A stretch of 48,431 bases of DNA from Craspedostauros australis (lineage: Eukaryota): the NCBI GenBank assembly GCA_030167865.1, contig JALAGF010003322.1:1-48431 (forward strand), written 5' to 3'. The notes beneath the pieces are model-generated. The model made no database searches, was not told where the DNA came from, and saw only the letters and a program-made list of their open reading frames with translations. This document shows, in pieces, positions 30,841-42,500 of this stretch. The first letter of the stretch is position 1, and every line of letters begins with the position of its first letter. The position numbers and the translations under genes were made by a program.

Positions 30841-33800
30841 CTGCCCGTTGCTCGCCCATGCGGGATGCAAAAAGGCACGCCCACCAGCGTTGCATCACCG
30901 CTACAAACTGCCTCAACCCAAGTGCAGCACACGGATCCGGATTGTTTCATAACGTCCACGACGGTCCCGCTCCGTGCAAATGCGCTTGCAGGGTCTCGCG
31001 AAGGCGAATGGCGCCGCCGAATCCATGGTCAGTGTGATCTCGGTGCCAACGTCTGTGCGACTCCTCATGCGCGTCTCCTCTGTGACTATACCGCATTTAC
31101 TACTCCTTCCAGCCTCGAAGCAGCGGAATCGTCTTCGCCTGCTATGGAGTGCCCAGGAGAAGGATACATGCGGCTATCCTGCGGCGACGGCGCGCATCTT
31201 TCGGTGCACACTCTTCTGTGCCCACGACTGGCTGACACGCTTGTGTCGCCACAGTCCATCATCGGACAACATGACAACCCTTACACCAGCTTCGGCGTTG
31301 AATCCACCCAGCGCAATGCTCACATCGTCTTCAAGTCTCCGGCTAACAACCTTCGAGTGCCGCTGTACATTCGCAACGGTCTGTACTTCTTCGGAGGCGT
31401 CCATCCACATGCCATGACCTTGAGGCAGGCCTCGCCTACGCTCCTGTCGGAACTTTGGCATCTACGACTTGGACATGTGGGCATGGCACAGCTGCAGAAG
31501 CTTTCCAAGTGCTCCACCGGTATTCCAGCATCTGTTACGCGACACATTCACCCACTTCGACACTGTGACACGTGCAGCAAGGCAGGATCTCAACATGCCA
31601 AGATTCCGGCGACAGCGTGTGTAGTACCACTTCCGTTGGGAGACATTCTCGATCATTCGCATGTTCATGCTTCTGCTGCAAGGTGCACAGAGACTGGTCA
31701 AGTCGATATTGTGCATGTTGACACAACCGACGAGCTGTTTGGGTATCTATTCAGCCAGAGTGTGGACGTGCGTGGTATGGACGGCTTCCTTGGATTTGAG
31801 TTGCGGTGCGATAAGCAACGGCATTGGATTCAGCTTCAGCAGTGCAAGTCAGGCCAACCAGCTGCACGTATCACGCGATGGCGGTCCAGGCTGCACAAGA
31901 CGCACCTCATTTCGATTCAAGGCCAACAGGTGCATACAGTCATGGACGCGTGGCAAGCCATACAGACCCTGCATGATCAGCGTGTTTCCACTGCGGAGTT
32001 TGTGTTCACATTCGATGACGTTCGCAACAGCCTATCTCAACACGGGGTCCCGCAGATGTACTTCGATCAGATGAAGCATGTTGGAGATATCATCGAAACG
32101 TCCGCTCCCAAGGCGCATGCCACCAGTGTCACCAATGCACCCGTCAAACTCACTCGACAAGTGCTTCTACAGCAAGATGACTGGGAGCAGTGGCAGGCCG
32201 CAGAATTCAAGCAGCTGGACCAATACGATGCACAACAAATGTTTGGCGATCCTGTTCCAGCTCCCGCAGACGCCGCCATCTTCAATTGGGTCTGGGTCTA
32301 TGTGGTCAAGACACATGAGAATAATTGGAAGAAGGCACGTGCTGTTTGCGATGGCTCTACCAGAGGAGGACATGCTCGGATATTCGGACACACCTATGCG
32401 GCTACGCCTGATTTAACGGAGTTCAGGATTCTCCTTGGCATTGCTGCAATCCAACAGCTCAAGGTGTACAGCTCGGATGTCATGAACGCTTTTGCGGAAG
32501 CCCCAACTGGCGAACAACGATACTTCATGAAAGTGGGTGAGCCGTATCAAGCATGGTGGCAGCAGAAACATGGCACCACTATTCCTCGCGGCCATGTCAT
32601 CCCGGTCAACAAGAAACTTCAAGGTCATCCTGAAGCGCCTCGCCTCTGGAGCAAGCACATCACTGGCATCCTACAACAAATCGGGTTCACTTCGACAACC
32701 CATGCTCCTTGTTTGTACACTGGGGCCATTGGTCACAACAAGATCTACGTCCTACGTCAAGTGGATGACTTTGCAGTCGCTGCTCCATCACAGAGTGTCT
32801 TCGATACATTCTGCGACGTGCTCGACAAGCGCCTCTTCCAGCCCATCACTCGACAAGGACTCATGGTGCACTATAATGGACTCAGTGTTGATCAAGCTCA
32901 GCGATTCGTGCGCATCCATTGCACATCTTACGTGGACAAGATGCTGGAGCGCAACAAGTGGCAGAACATGCGGCACACTCGCAGATTGCCTATGCTGTCG
33001 GACAACTCGTATGTCAAGACTTTGGACAATGCTGACGTTCCAAACGATGACAAGGAGCAAGCCGCTCTGGCCACAAGGTTCAAGTTTGGGTACTGCCAAG
33101 CCATCGGAGAGCTCATATGGGCTATGATATCATGCCGTCCTGACATTTCTTTTCCCGTTGTCAAACTCTCTCAATTCTCAAACAATCCAGGTGAAGCTCA
33201 CTTCGAAGCTGTCAAGTTCCTCATGCGGTATGTCGCGAGCACCAGAGACTATGGCATAACCTACTGGCGACAAACGTCACTCGTCGATCTTCCCGATGTG
33301 CCGGCCCCATCCAAGCTGTCACCACCTGGCGATTCTACGCACAACATCCATACCACGCGCCAGCTCGAGGCTTCTACGATATATGGGTACGTCGACGCCG
33401 ATTGGGGTGTTGATATACGTCACCGCCGGTCCATGTCAGGCATCGTCCTGATGTTTGCAGGTGGTGCCATCGCATGGAAGGCCAGGGTTCAGCCCACGGT
33501 CTCCATGAGCAGCACAGAGGCGGAATTTGTTGCAGCCAGTGATGCCGGCAAGATGGCTCTTTGGCTGCGATCGATTCTCCATGAAGTTGGCGTGACACAA
33601 CCGTTCGCAACCCCCATCTTCGAGGATAATCGCGGTGCCCGGCTGATGGCCAGTGCCAGTCAGCCCACTCGGAACTCAAGACACATAGCCATCCGAGAAT
33701 TCGCGGTCCTCGATTGGGTCGAGACAGACCTTGTCGCCTATCCAGAGGTCTCCTCAGAGATGAATGCATCTGATATCTGCACGAAACAGACACCCGTGGT

Positions 33801-33882
33801 CCTGTTCTTTTGGCACGTTGACCTAGTTATGGGTCGCAACGTGCCCTCATATGTAAACGACTACAGGAGTCCGGATTTGTAA
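30796..33882 (+). CDS. pol: Copia Pol: protease, integrase HHCC finger only, PDZ-like insert, reverse transcriptase, RNase H
   Basis: Protease CDLGANV; LWHLRLGH..CDTC; RT KARAVCDGS, DVMNAF, LQGHPEAPRLW, LRQVDDF; RNase H YVDADWG, SSTEAEF, IFEDN, NASDICTK. First in-frame ATG at 30865. Confidence 0.93.
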   Translation, partial: SSRRPEVEQLSGERLLPVARPCGMQKGTPTSVASPLQTASTQVQHTDPDCFITSTTVPLRANALAGSREGEWRRRIHGQCDLGANVCATPHARLLCDYTAFTTPSSLEAAESSSPAMECPGEGYMRLSCGDGAHLSVHTLLCPRLADTLVSPQSIIGQHDNPYTSFGVESTQRNAHIVFKSPANNLRVPLYIRNGLYFFGGVHPHAMTLRQASPTLLSELWHLRLGHVGMAQLQKLSKCSTGIPASVTRHIHPLRHCDTCSKAGSQHAKIPATACVVPLPLGDILDHSHVHASAARCTETGQVDIVHVDTTDELFGYLFSQSVDVRGMDGFLGFELRCDKQRHWIQLQQCKSGQPAARITRWRSRLHKTHLISIQGQQVHTVMDAWQAIQTLHDQRVSTAEFVFTFDDVRNSLSQHGVPQMYFDQMKHVGDIIETSAPKAHATSVTNAPVKLTRQVLLQQDDWEQWQAAEFKQLDQYDAQQMFGDPVPAPADAAIFNWVWVYVVKTHENNWKKARAVCDGSTRGGHARIFGHTYAATPDLTEFRILLGIAAIQQLKVYSSDVMNAFAEAPTGEQRYFMKVGEPYQAWWQQKHGTTIPRGHVIPVNKKLQGHPEAPRLWSKHITGILQQIGFTSTTHAPCLYTGAIGHNKIYVLRQVDDFAVAAPSQSVFDTFCDVLDKRLFQPITRQGLMVHYNGLSVDQAQRFVRIHCTSYVDKMLERNKWQNMRHTRRLPMLSDNSYVKTLDNADVPNDDKEQAALATRFKFGYCQAIGELIWAMISCRPDISFPVVKLSQFSNNPGEAHFEAVKFLMRYVASTRDYGITYWRQTSLVDLPDVPAPSKLSPPGDSTHNIHTTRQLEASTIYGYVDADWGVDIRHRRSMSGIVLMFAGGAIAWKARVQPTVSMSSTEAEFVAASDAGKMALWLRSILHEVGVTQPFATPIFEDNRGARLMASASQPTRNSRHIAIREFAVLDWVETDLVAYPEVSSEMNASDICTKQTPVVLFFWHVDLVMGRNVPSYVNDYRSPDL

Positions 33883-33904
33883 CTTCCGCTGACTGCGTCA
33901 GCGT

Positions 33905-33912
33905 GGGGGGGG
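33905..33912 (+). promoter_or_regulatory. Polypurine tract
   Basis: Run of 8 G immediately before the 3' LTR. Confidence 0.85.
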
Positions 33913-34050
33913 TGTTGGTATACGGTCGAAGGCCAGACGGAGCAGCAAATGAACCCCTGTTCACAGCCTCAGCAGAGACAACAGAGACGAGTCATAATAA
34001 CTTCACATCACACACACACACACTACTCGTATCGTCTCCCGATCATCACA
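33913..34050 (+). repeat. 3' LTR
   Basis: Identical by eye to 29122-29259; followed by TSD CTCTT. Confidence 0.97.
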
Positions 34051-34308
34051 CTCTTTGTTTCCGTCAATTTGCGTTCTCGTTTCGAGTGCCAGATTTACAT
34101 TCAATGCATGTAATTACCGCGACTTCCAACATATTGCCGCATCTCCCCGCAACCAAACGAAAGATCTCGAACGCGACTCATCGCAACTCTCTTTGGATAC
34201 GATCTACACCTATCCGCCATCACTTCATCCAGCTCACAGAAAAGCAGTTGCACCACTTACAATCCAATCCATACCATATCCATACCATATCCATCAGCAA
34301 ACACAAGC

Positions 34309-35337
34309 ATGCCATCCACAAGTGGACCACTCGGCGACGCACCCGATGTGTCCGTCGGTTTCTCGGATACGTTCCTCGTGGGCGTTTCGTTGGTGGGATT
34401 CGTGGCACTGGCAGGCATGATGTACAGCATCGTCCTGACACGTCTCAAGACGGCGCAGGAGATTGAGGAGGAAGACATGGATGGGGAACTGAACTACAAT
34501 GATCGATTGGTGCGTGCCGACGTGGCCACGCTGAGCCGTGCCGAACGCCGTGCGCGTGCGCGGCACATTATGAAGCAGCAGCGGCGGCGGCAGGTGCCGG
34601 GCGAGAACGAGGCCGACAACGATGGTGGCCCGCGTGCCATCCAACCACAGGAAGATGCGGATGGCGCCAGTCCTCAGAACAACGCGCTGTCGCGCAAGGA
34701 ACGCCAGAAGGCCGCCAAGGCCGCTGAGAAGGAGCAGCGGAAGCTGTTTGACGAGGAGCGCCTTCGTCAGCAAGCGATCGCCCAACGCGAGGCGCAGTTG
34801 CAGAAGCAGGAGAGGGAGAAGATTCAGGCCGAGCGGAGGGAGATAGAGAAGGCGGGACGCAAGGCGCGGGAGCAGCGTGAAGAGATGGAACGGTACGAGG
34901 CGTGGAACTCATTTATTGCCGCTGGCGAAATTGAAGTTGACGACGAGGAGAATCGTCATGATGACAATGACGGCGATGACGACGACGATGGCAACAGCAG
35001 CAACAGAAACAGCAAGGACGACAACGGCTGTCTCGATGATGACAGACGATCAAAAGGATTATCGCTGCAATCGTTTGTTGAGAGATGCCGTGCCGATGGC
35101 ATCATCCAAACGGATGAGTTGGCCGCTGAATTGAACGTGTCCGTCGGCAGGATCCATGATCGCATCGATGAGCTTATTGCCAGCAAGCGTGTGAGTGGCA
35201 TGTTAGACGCTGGCACATGTCGATTCGCGCATCTCACACAAGGTCAACTATCTTCGATCGCACAAAGATTGGAGCAGATGGATACCTTGGCACTGCAGAA
35301 TGTGCTGGATGTCGCGATGCAAGAGATGAGGTCTTGA
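34309..35337 (+). CDS. DDRGK1: DDRGK domain-containing protein 1 (UFBP1)-like ER membrane UFMylation adaptor
   Basis: N-terminal TM helix, long E/R/K coiled coil ending ERYEAWNSFI, C-terminal winged-helix ELAAELNVS..RIDELIASKRVSGMLD..RF. Confidence 0.7.
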   Translation: MPSTSGPLGDAPDVSVGFSDTFLVGVSLVGFVALAGMMYSIVLTRLKTAQEIEEEDMDGELNYNDRLVRADVATLSRAERRARARHIMKQQRRRQVPGENEADNDGGPRAIQPQEDADGASPQNNALSRKERQKAAKAAEKEQRKLFDEERLRQQAIAQREAQLQKQEREKIQAERREIEKAGRKAREQREEMERYEAWNSFIAAGEIEVDDEENRHDDNDGDDDDDGNSSNRNSKDDNGCLDDDRRSKGLSLQSFVERCRADGIIQTDELAAELNVSVGRIHDRIDELIASKRVSGMLDAGTCRFAHLTQGQLSSIAQRLEQMDTLALQNVLDVAMQEMRS

Positions 35338-36531
35338 GAGAGACTACAGCACTCATAGTGTCCTCATTGTTTTTTGGCATTGCGACAACTTCAGGCACAC
35401 AGATACATCAGATGGCGGTGTCGTCACGGTGCTACCAGCACGAGTACAAAATTTGCCGAAAGAGATGTGCAAGTCCTTAACTTTTGGAATGGCACTACGA
35501 TCAAGCATTGCATCGTAGAAATGGTGCACCCCCTAATCTGATTTCAATGTTACTCTCTGGTGCATCTATTATATAATATGACGATATCTGCAGTGATTTC
35601 CCTCTGATACTTGGCTTCTAGACGAGACGACTCTGCAGTCAAATTGGCTCTGCGGCCGTTTCAAGTTTTATTTTGACTACGTGGTCGAGCCACGTAGAGT
35701 TTGACTGTATAGTTGAGCATACCCTCATTACGGATCTGCGAGAGTATGTCTCCTCAGCTCTTCCATCAGATCGTATCTCATGGTCACAAGAGAAGAAGAT
35801 GAACGCAATTTTGGAGACGTATTCTTGCTCGCACCGGTCACCCGGATATTCACCAACACCCATCTCATGTTAGTCTGTCCTTGCTTCGGACAAGACTTGA
35901 ATCAGTCGAGTCAAGGGACGGAAAACTTCGTGCCGTCCTGTTGGCGCGGCATGTGCGCAATTTTGAATTGTTTGTTTTGGCGCGATGCCAAACGCAACGA
36001 GCGCAAAAAAAGAAAACTCCACAAAAAGCAGAGAGAAACGAAGAGCAAAAAGGAAGCGCGCAACGCGGATGCACACGCTCATCTCCATCCACGAGATCGA
36101 GGACTTGTGCGTTCCGACTTGTGACCTTGGCAACTGTTCCAGACAGCATTCCTGCGTTGTCGCATCAAAGTCAGCGACGCAGTCATTGATTTCATCGCAT
36201 TGGCACTTCAGCTGGATCAGCGAGAGCAGGAGCACAAAGTACATATAGTACAAGTACTCACAGGAGCATCTCGATCAGTGTTCTGCCGAGAAGAGAGGCT
36301 CCAACTTGGCAGACAACGGGCATTGAGCAAACACAGAACAAACGGCAGCAGCTCCAACAACGAGCATCGACGAGCATCAACGAGCAACACAGAACAGTCA
36401 ATACTGCACGGCCAAGAAGGGAACAGGCCAAGTGCCATAGGAGCAGCAACAGCAACAGCAGTGAAGGCAACAGAGTCGGAAACACGCTTGCAGACGAACG
36501 AAGCTGCCTTCGTAGAGCGACAGTCAGCAAA

Positions 36532-39500
36532 ATGGGATTTGGAAGCAACCACCACGAAGAGCGGCTCGCGACCGGCGAAGTGGTGATCAGCCTCCTGGAT
36601 TCTGACTCTGAGCACAGCGACGATGATGCCCACAACCACAGCGTCGCTCCAAGCGAAGTTGGCAACAAGGCTAGAAGCCACAGCACCAGCAGCAAGACAA
36701 CGAATGGCATCACCGAGAGTGGCGTCCACCACACGATCAAGAAAGTGCGGATGCGCAGAAGACATGTCAAGTCTTCCACAGCGCAGAACGGGATGTTGCA
36801 TAGTGTGAAGAAGGAGATGCTGCAGAAGCGCGGGACTGTCCAGGCTCAAAAGTCTGCTGATGGGTCGGTAGCTGGACACGAGAAGCAATCGGAGCATGTC
36901 GCGGTCGAAAGCGCAGCACCGCAGGCTAAAACAGCACCAGCGCAAGCGACGCCGACTTCTGCGACGACCGCGTCCGAACCAACACAGAAACTAAGTGCTG
37001 ACAAATCTGCCGAAACAAGCACGCAGACACAAGCGCCGGCACAGACGGCGAGGGAAGGCGTCGTCGCCAACCCGGATCCACAACCTGCTGCTGGTGCTGC
37101 TACCGCCACCAACGAGAATGGCACTAGACTGAAGAATGGCAAGATCAAACTGCCTCAAGTGAAGAATGGCCGTGGCCAATGGTGGAAGGTCGGCAAACGC
37201 CGAGAGCAGGGGACGAACACAAAGACAACGCCCTCCGCCGAAGCAGCCAAGGGCAAGAGGCAATCAGCAAAACCGCCGGCGCAAACGGATGCGGCTGACG
37301 ACGCAGATACGATCGCAGCTTCCCCAGCACCTCGCGCAACAAATCAAGGCGCGGAAACGAACCCAATTATGATCAACGAGACGCCACCTGTGCGAGGAAG
37401 GATTCGGCAGACGGCACGCAAGAAAGCCTGCAGAACAAATGCTATGAGCTCCACCAAGATGGCTTTGCCTCGCACTGCACTTCTTGAGACCCCATCCGTC
37501 ACGTGCAAGCCGCAAGCACAGCCTTCATCTCCGCTCACACCTGCGCACAACACACCACGACGCGATGCAGGCCAGCCACTCCCATCAAACCCAATGAAGG
37601 CGCCAGGCACACAAGGAGCAAGCACAGAGCAAACATCAGGAATCACTTCACCCCCCGCAGTTGCCAAGCCAGCTGCCCCGACCCCGTCACAAGATACCGC
37701 GAAACAAGCTAAGAAGAAGCCATCCAACAATGCAAGCCCAGATCTGTACACACCAACAAAGCGGATCACGCGTGCAGCCACAGCAACTCCGACGGCAGCA
37801 CCAACGTCAAAGACAAAGGCAAAATCGAAGGCAATACCAGATCTGTCATTGGCAGAATCGATTGAAAGCAAGGAAATACCCGTCACCCCCACCACAGAAG
37901 TCTTGAAGACCGCGTGCTGGAAGTGCCACGTCAACTTCATTGTTCCCTTTCCCAGATTCTGTTGCTACGCCATGCATCAGCATCCACTGCTCATGGTCCC
38001 GACCTGCAGCGTCTGCGAGGATGAGTTAATGAGCCATCTCATGAACAAGAACGCAGGCAAGCAAGAAATGCAAACACAAATTCAAACACAGACGCAGACG
38101 CAGGAGGAATCAATGGCCATATCGCAGACGATGTCAGGATCGATGACTCCCGTTCACTGTAGCGCTTGCGGCACCCACGAAGATGAGCTTGACGATGATG
38201 AATGCCTCTTCCTCTGTGACACAGACTCCTGCCCGCATGGCATGTGCAGCAAATGCGTCTCGCAAGGCTATGGAGGAGGCGTGGAAGGCGAGGAGGCAAC
38301 GCGGAAACTCCAAGACGAAGACAGCGACTGGTTCTGTCTGCACTGCCAGCCCACCGAATCAGTGTCGATACTTCAGGATGCATGCAAGAAGGAGCTGTCC
38401 GCTCGTGCTCAGCGGCATCTCATCCCCAAGTACGTCTGCGATGGGATCGAGATTGTCACGAAGAAACTTACGCGATGCCAAGACAACTTGACGAGCTTCA
38501 AACATTGGGACAATATCCGCAAGAATGTCGAGACGGAGCTGGTTCAGCGTATGGAGAGACATCGCAACGAAGGCAGCGCCGACGATGCCGAGCAACAGCA
38601 GGAGCTGGAGGACGACATCCAACACGAACTCAGCGTGCTGAAACTGCGGGAGAAGTATCATGAGCAACGCATGGATGATATGCTGACGCTTTTGCGCAAG
38701 GACTTGGACACGATTCGGAGTCAGCAAACGGACCATCGCAGCGGGCACCGCAGTGTTGCTGGTACCAGCAGCGGCAACGGCAATGATGGCTACAAGCAAC
38801 TGTTACTGTCTCCCGTTCGATCACCTCGAAAGCCAACATCATCACCGCAAAAGAAAACAGCGGAGAACGAAGCCTCGGACGGCAAGAAAAGGGGCAGCGT
38901 AACTAATGCTGCAACAACAATGGCAGCCACATCGATAGCAACAACAACGGCAGACAAGAGACCTGTACGGACGAGCGACGTTCTCAGTGAGGATGATATT
39001 GAGGATAGCGACGACGATCATGACAAACAGGCTGGTACGAAGGCACAAACGCCGACACCAATGAACACTACAACATCTGCAGCTCCAGCTCCAGCACCGG
39101 CGAATACCTCAACAGGCCAGACAGCGGATAGTGATACTTCTGTGGTCCCCATGCACGTCGGTGAGGAAGGACCTGACGAATCGATTTCACCGATCATGGC
39201 TGCTGATGCCGGAGCCAAGCGTCCAGCAATAGAACCAGCAAAGACATCAGCAACGATACCAGCAACGATACCAGCAACAACGCTAACAGCCGCAGATCTT
39301 GCCGATGGTGAAACCAATGACGATCGTCTCACCGATCCGGATACGTTGGTTACACCAAGTGTGGCAGAACTCATGGCGCTATGCTGGAAGTGCCATGCCG
39401 TGCTGGATATGCGCTCGACGGACTTTTGCTGCTACGCCATGTACAGCCACCCGCATTTGACGGTTCCGATATGCTGCATCTGCAATTCAGATGTTCTCCA

Positions 39501-42500
39501 GGCAGAGAGCCAACGCAATGCTGCTCTCGAGGAAATTGCGGAACAAGTCGAGCAGAGGATAGAAGAAGCCGCAGAGCAAACATCGGATCCGCCAACCACC
39601 GACGAGACGCTGCCTCTTCCGGACCCCGAATACTGCAGCTTCTGTGGCGAGCACGAAGATAACATCGAGAATGGATTGCCATTGTTAATGTGTGACGGCA
39701 AAGACTGTAACCGCGGCGTGTGCGTTCGTTGCGAATCGCAGCTTTGTGGTGGTGGCATGCATGGTGCCACACGTGCGCTCAACGAAATAAACAGCGATTC
39801 GGATGCCTCCTGGTTCTGCCACCTCTGCGCAGAACGTGCCGAGATCAAGCCTTTGCAACAGTTCATGAACTGGCGTGAGAACATGTACAATGGCGAAGGA
39901 GCTGCAGCGAAGAAGCGAACCTACGAGACAGTGACGTCCGAGCTGGACATCGTCGAAGCTGAGAAGCACGAATGCCAACGTCTGATGGAAGACGATGGTC
40001 ATCGCGAACAACTGAGGCAGGAAATTCTGGACGAGCTTCGAGGCGGTCGCGATGCTACTACGAATCAGCATCACGAAGACACTGTGCGGACTGAGCTTGA
40101 GGAGTACGACAAGAAAATGCAGCGCCATGAAATTCGCCTGTGCGACATGGTGTCGTTGCTCCACGATGAACTCGAGACCAAGTTCGGCATCGACTTGGCG
40201 CAGTACTACAAAATGCTTGGTGCCGACGGTCGTGGACCGCAAATGGAATCAAATGACGCCTCCGAACCTGCATGGAAGCGGGCTGCCGATGCTGCATTGG
40301 AGCGGCGATATGCTGAAGCGAACAACCAGAAGGAACTGGCTGCATCAGGTACGTGGACAATGCCATGGGCTGGTACGAGTTGAGTGTGTGTGTATGTATT
40401 TCATTTACTCTATGCGATTGCCAACCCGTGCTTGTGTCTGGCATGTCGTGCATCATTTGCGACGTCCTGGAAAGATTGTATTGATCAGCTCCACTTTGCT
40501 ATGGTACCACCGTACACGCGAGATTCGTCCAGTTCATTTCAACCGACCAACCAACCAACCAGCCATCGTTTTCTCACCCGCTCCATCCATCGACCCAACT
40601 TGTGTACGCATTCTTAACCTCAACAGACGACGATGATGACGAGGACGATGATGACATGCCTGAATTCATCGAAGATCTCGGAGACTTCGATGACGGCGAC
40701 CGGAACAACGCAGGGCCCCAGGCGAGATCGAAAATGCGGTCACTCTGGCGACACATCAACGCAACAGTTTCGAAGAAGAAGATCGAAAAGATTCTCAAGA
40801 TAGAAAACGAACGCAACAAGCAGAATGGCATCAAGGTGGCGAAGGTGATCACAGAAAAGCACGATGCAGACGAAATGGCCCTGCTCGTCAAATCCAAGGT
40901 GCAATCCAATGCCGTGGTCACGGTAAAAAACCTTCGCAAGGCTCAGCACACAACCCGCACAAACCTCCAGAAGCGCGTCGCGAAAGTCAAACGATCATCT
41001 GCAAACCTGCGATCTGGACAGCCCACGCGTCGGGACAATGGTAGCAATCCAACTCGCGATGGCAGCGGTGACAACGCCGGTTCTGAATCAGACTCAAATG
41101 TGGAAATGGAATCCGAGGATGGATCCGCGAGGAAGACGAGGACGAAGAGACGAAGGTCAAGCCGAGGCAGCGTAGGAGGTCGCAGATCATCCAGGCGGCG
41201 CACAGCATTGACCAGTGGCGATGATGACGGCGATGGTACTGATGGTGGTGACGATGATTATCATTTCATCGAAACAGACAACGACGACGACGATGACGAT
41301 GGTCACAGTGCTGATTCAAATGTCACCGAGGTCACCATACAAGACGACATGCCTCACGAAACCACATCACCAACCTTACCGCTGTCGGGATACGAAAGCG
41401 AAGTCTCAGATCAAGACAGCAGCATTTCGCCACGGCGGAAGCTTGTTGTCGCAGAATCCATCGCAAAGATCCTCAAACCTCATCAGAAGGAGGGAATCCG
41501 TTTCATGTTCGACAACACCTTCAAAGATCTTTCGTTTGTCAACGACGCAGAGAGCGCGGAGGCGTTCGAGGCCACTGGTGGTTGCATTCTAGCCCACAAT
41601 ATGGGTTTGGGCAAGTCGTTGTCGGCCATCTCGGTGCTGCATGCGTTGATGAAGTATCAAGGCCAAGACCTCGAGGACGGAGCGACACCGCAGCACCGAC
41701 AACAAGAGAAGCAGCAGAAAGTGAAGTGTGCCGCACGATGCCTCATCAAAACTGTGCTGTTGGTCTGTCCTGTGAATACGCTCACGAATTGGGAATCGGA
41801 GATCAAGAAGTGGACTCGAGATATCCCCAACGGCAAGATCAACGCGTGGAACCTCGCGGAAATCAAGACAACTGAAAAGTCATTCACCATCTACAAGTGG
41901 TTCAAGAGAGGAGGCATTCTAATCATGAGCGACCAGTCTTTCCGCAGTTCTGCCGGCAAGGAGAATCTCAAGCCGTACCTGCAGGATCCTGGCCCGGACG
42001 TCGTTGTGATGGATGAAGCGCACACGATGCTCAAGAACAAGGAGAACAAGGTGTACAGAGCACTCGAAGGCATTCGAACCACCAGACGCATTTGTCTGAC
42101 CGGCTCGCCTTTCCAAAACAATCTGTTCGAGTACTTCCGCATGATATGCTACGTCCGTCCTGGCGTGCTGGGTACATCGGAGACCAAGTTCGACAAGGAT
42201 TTCGTGACGCCGATCATGGCTGGCATTCCGTCGGACGCTGCCGAGGATGAGCGCCTCCGTTCCGACCAAACGCTGCAGGCGCTGAAGAACATAGTCAAGC
42301 CGTACATTCATCGCAAGGATGCAACAGTTCTGCTTCAAGACCTGCCACCCATGCAGCAGGTTGTGCTGCATCTGCGCCAAACGAAGGTCCAGAGAAGGTT
42401 GTATTTCAAGTACAAACGATCCATGCAATCAACAAAGAACTTTTTCAAGAGGCTGAGCGACCTGCGTCCCATCCACAATCACCCGGGGACGCTGTACATC

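Larger units (their letters stand above)
29122..34050 (+). mobile_element. Ty1/copia LTR retrotransposon (diatom CoDi-type), 4929 bp, integrase core missing
   Basis: Two 138-bp TG...CA direct repeats, TSD CTCTT at 29117-29121 and 34051-34055, PBS, PPT, and gag and pol ORFs with copia domain order PR-(IN)-RT-RH. Confidence 0.97.

Noticed and set aside
32755-32772. RT catalytic motif QVDD instead of YVDD as an inactivating mutation
   Set aside because: As I recall, RQVDDF is the normal variant in this diatom copia lineage, and both catalytic Asp residues are present.
35639-36253. Minus-strand ORFs, one starting with a signal-peptide-like MYYMYFVLLLSLIQ
   Set aside because: Short, no recognisable domain and no convincing splice model; cannot be supported without RNA data.
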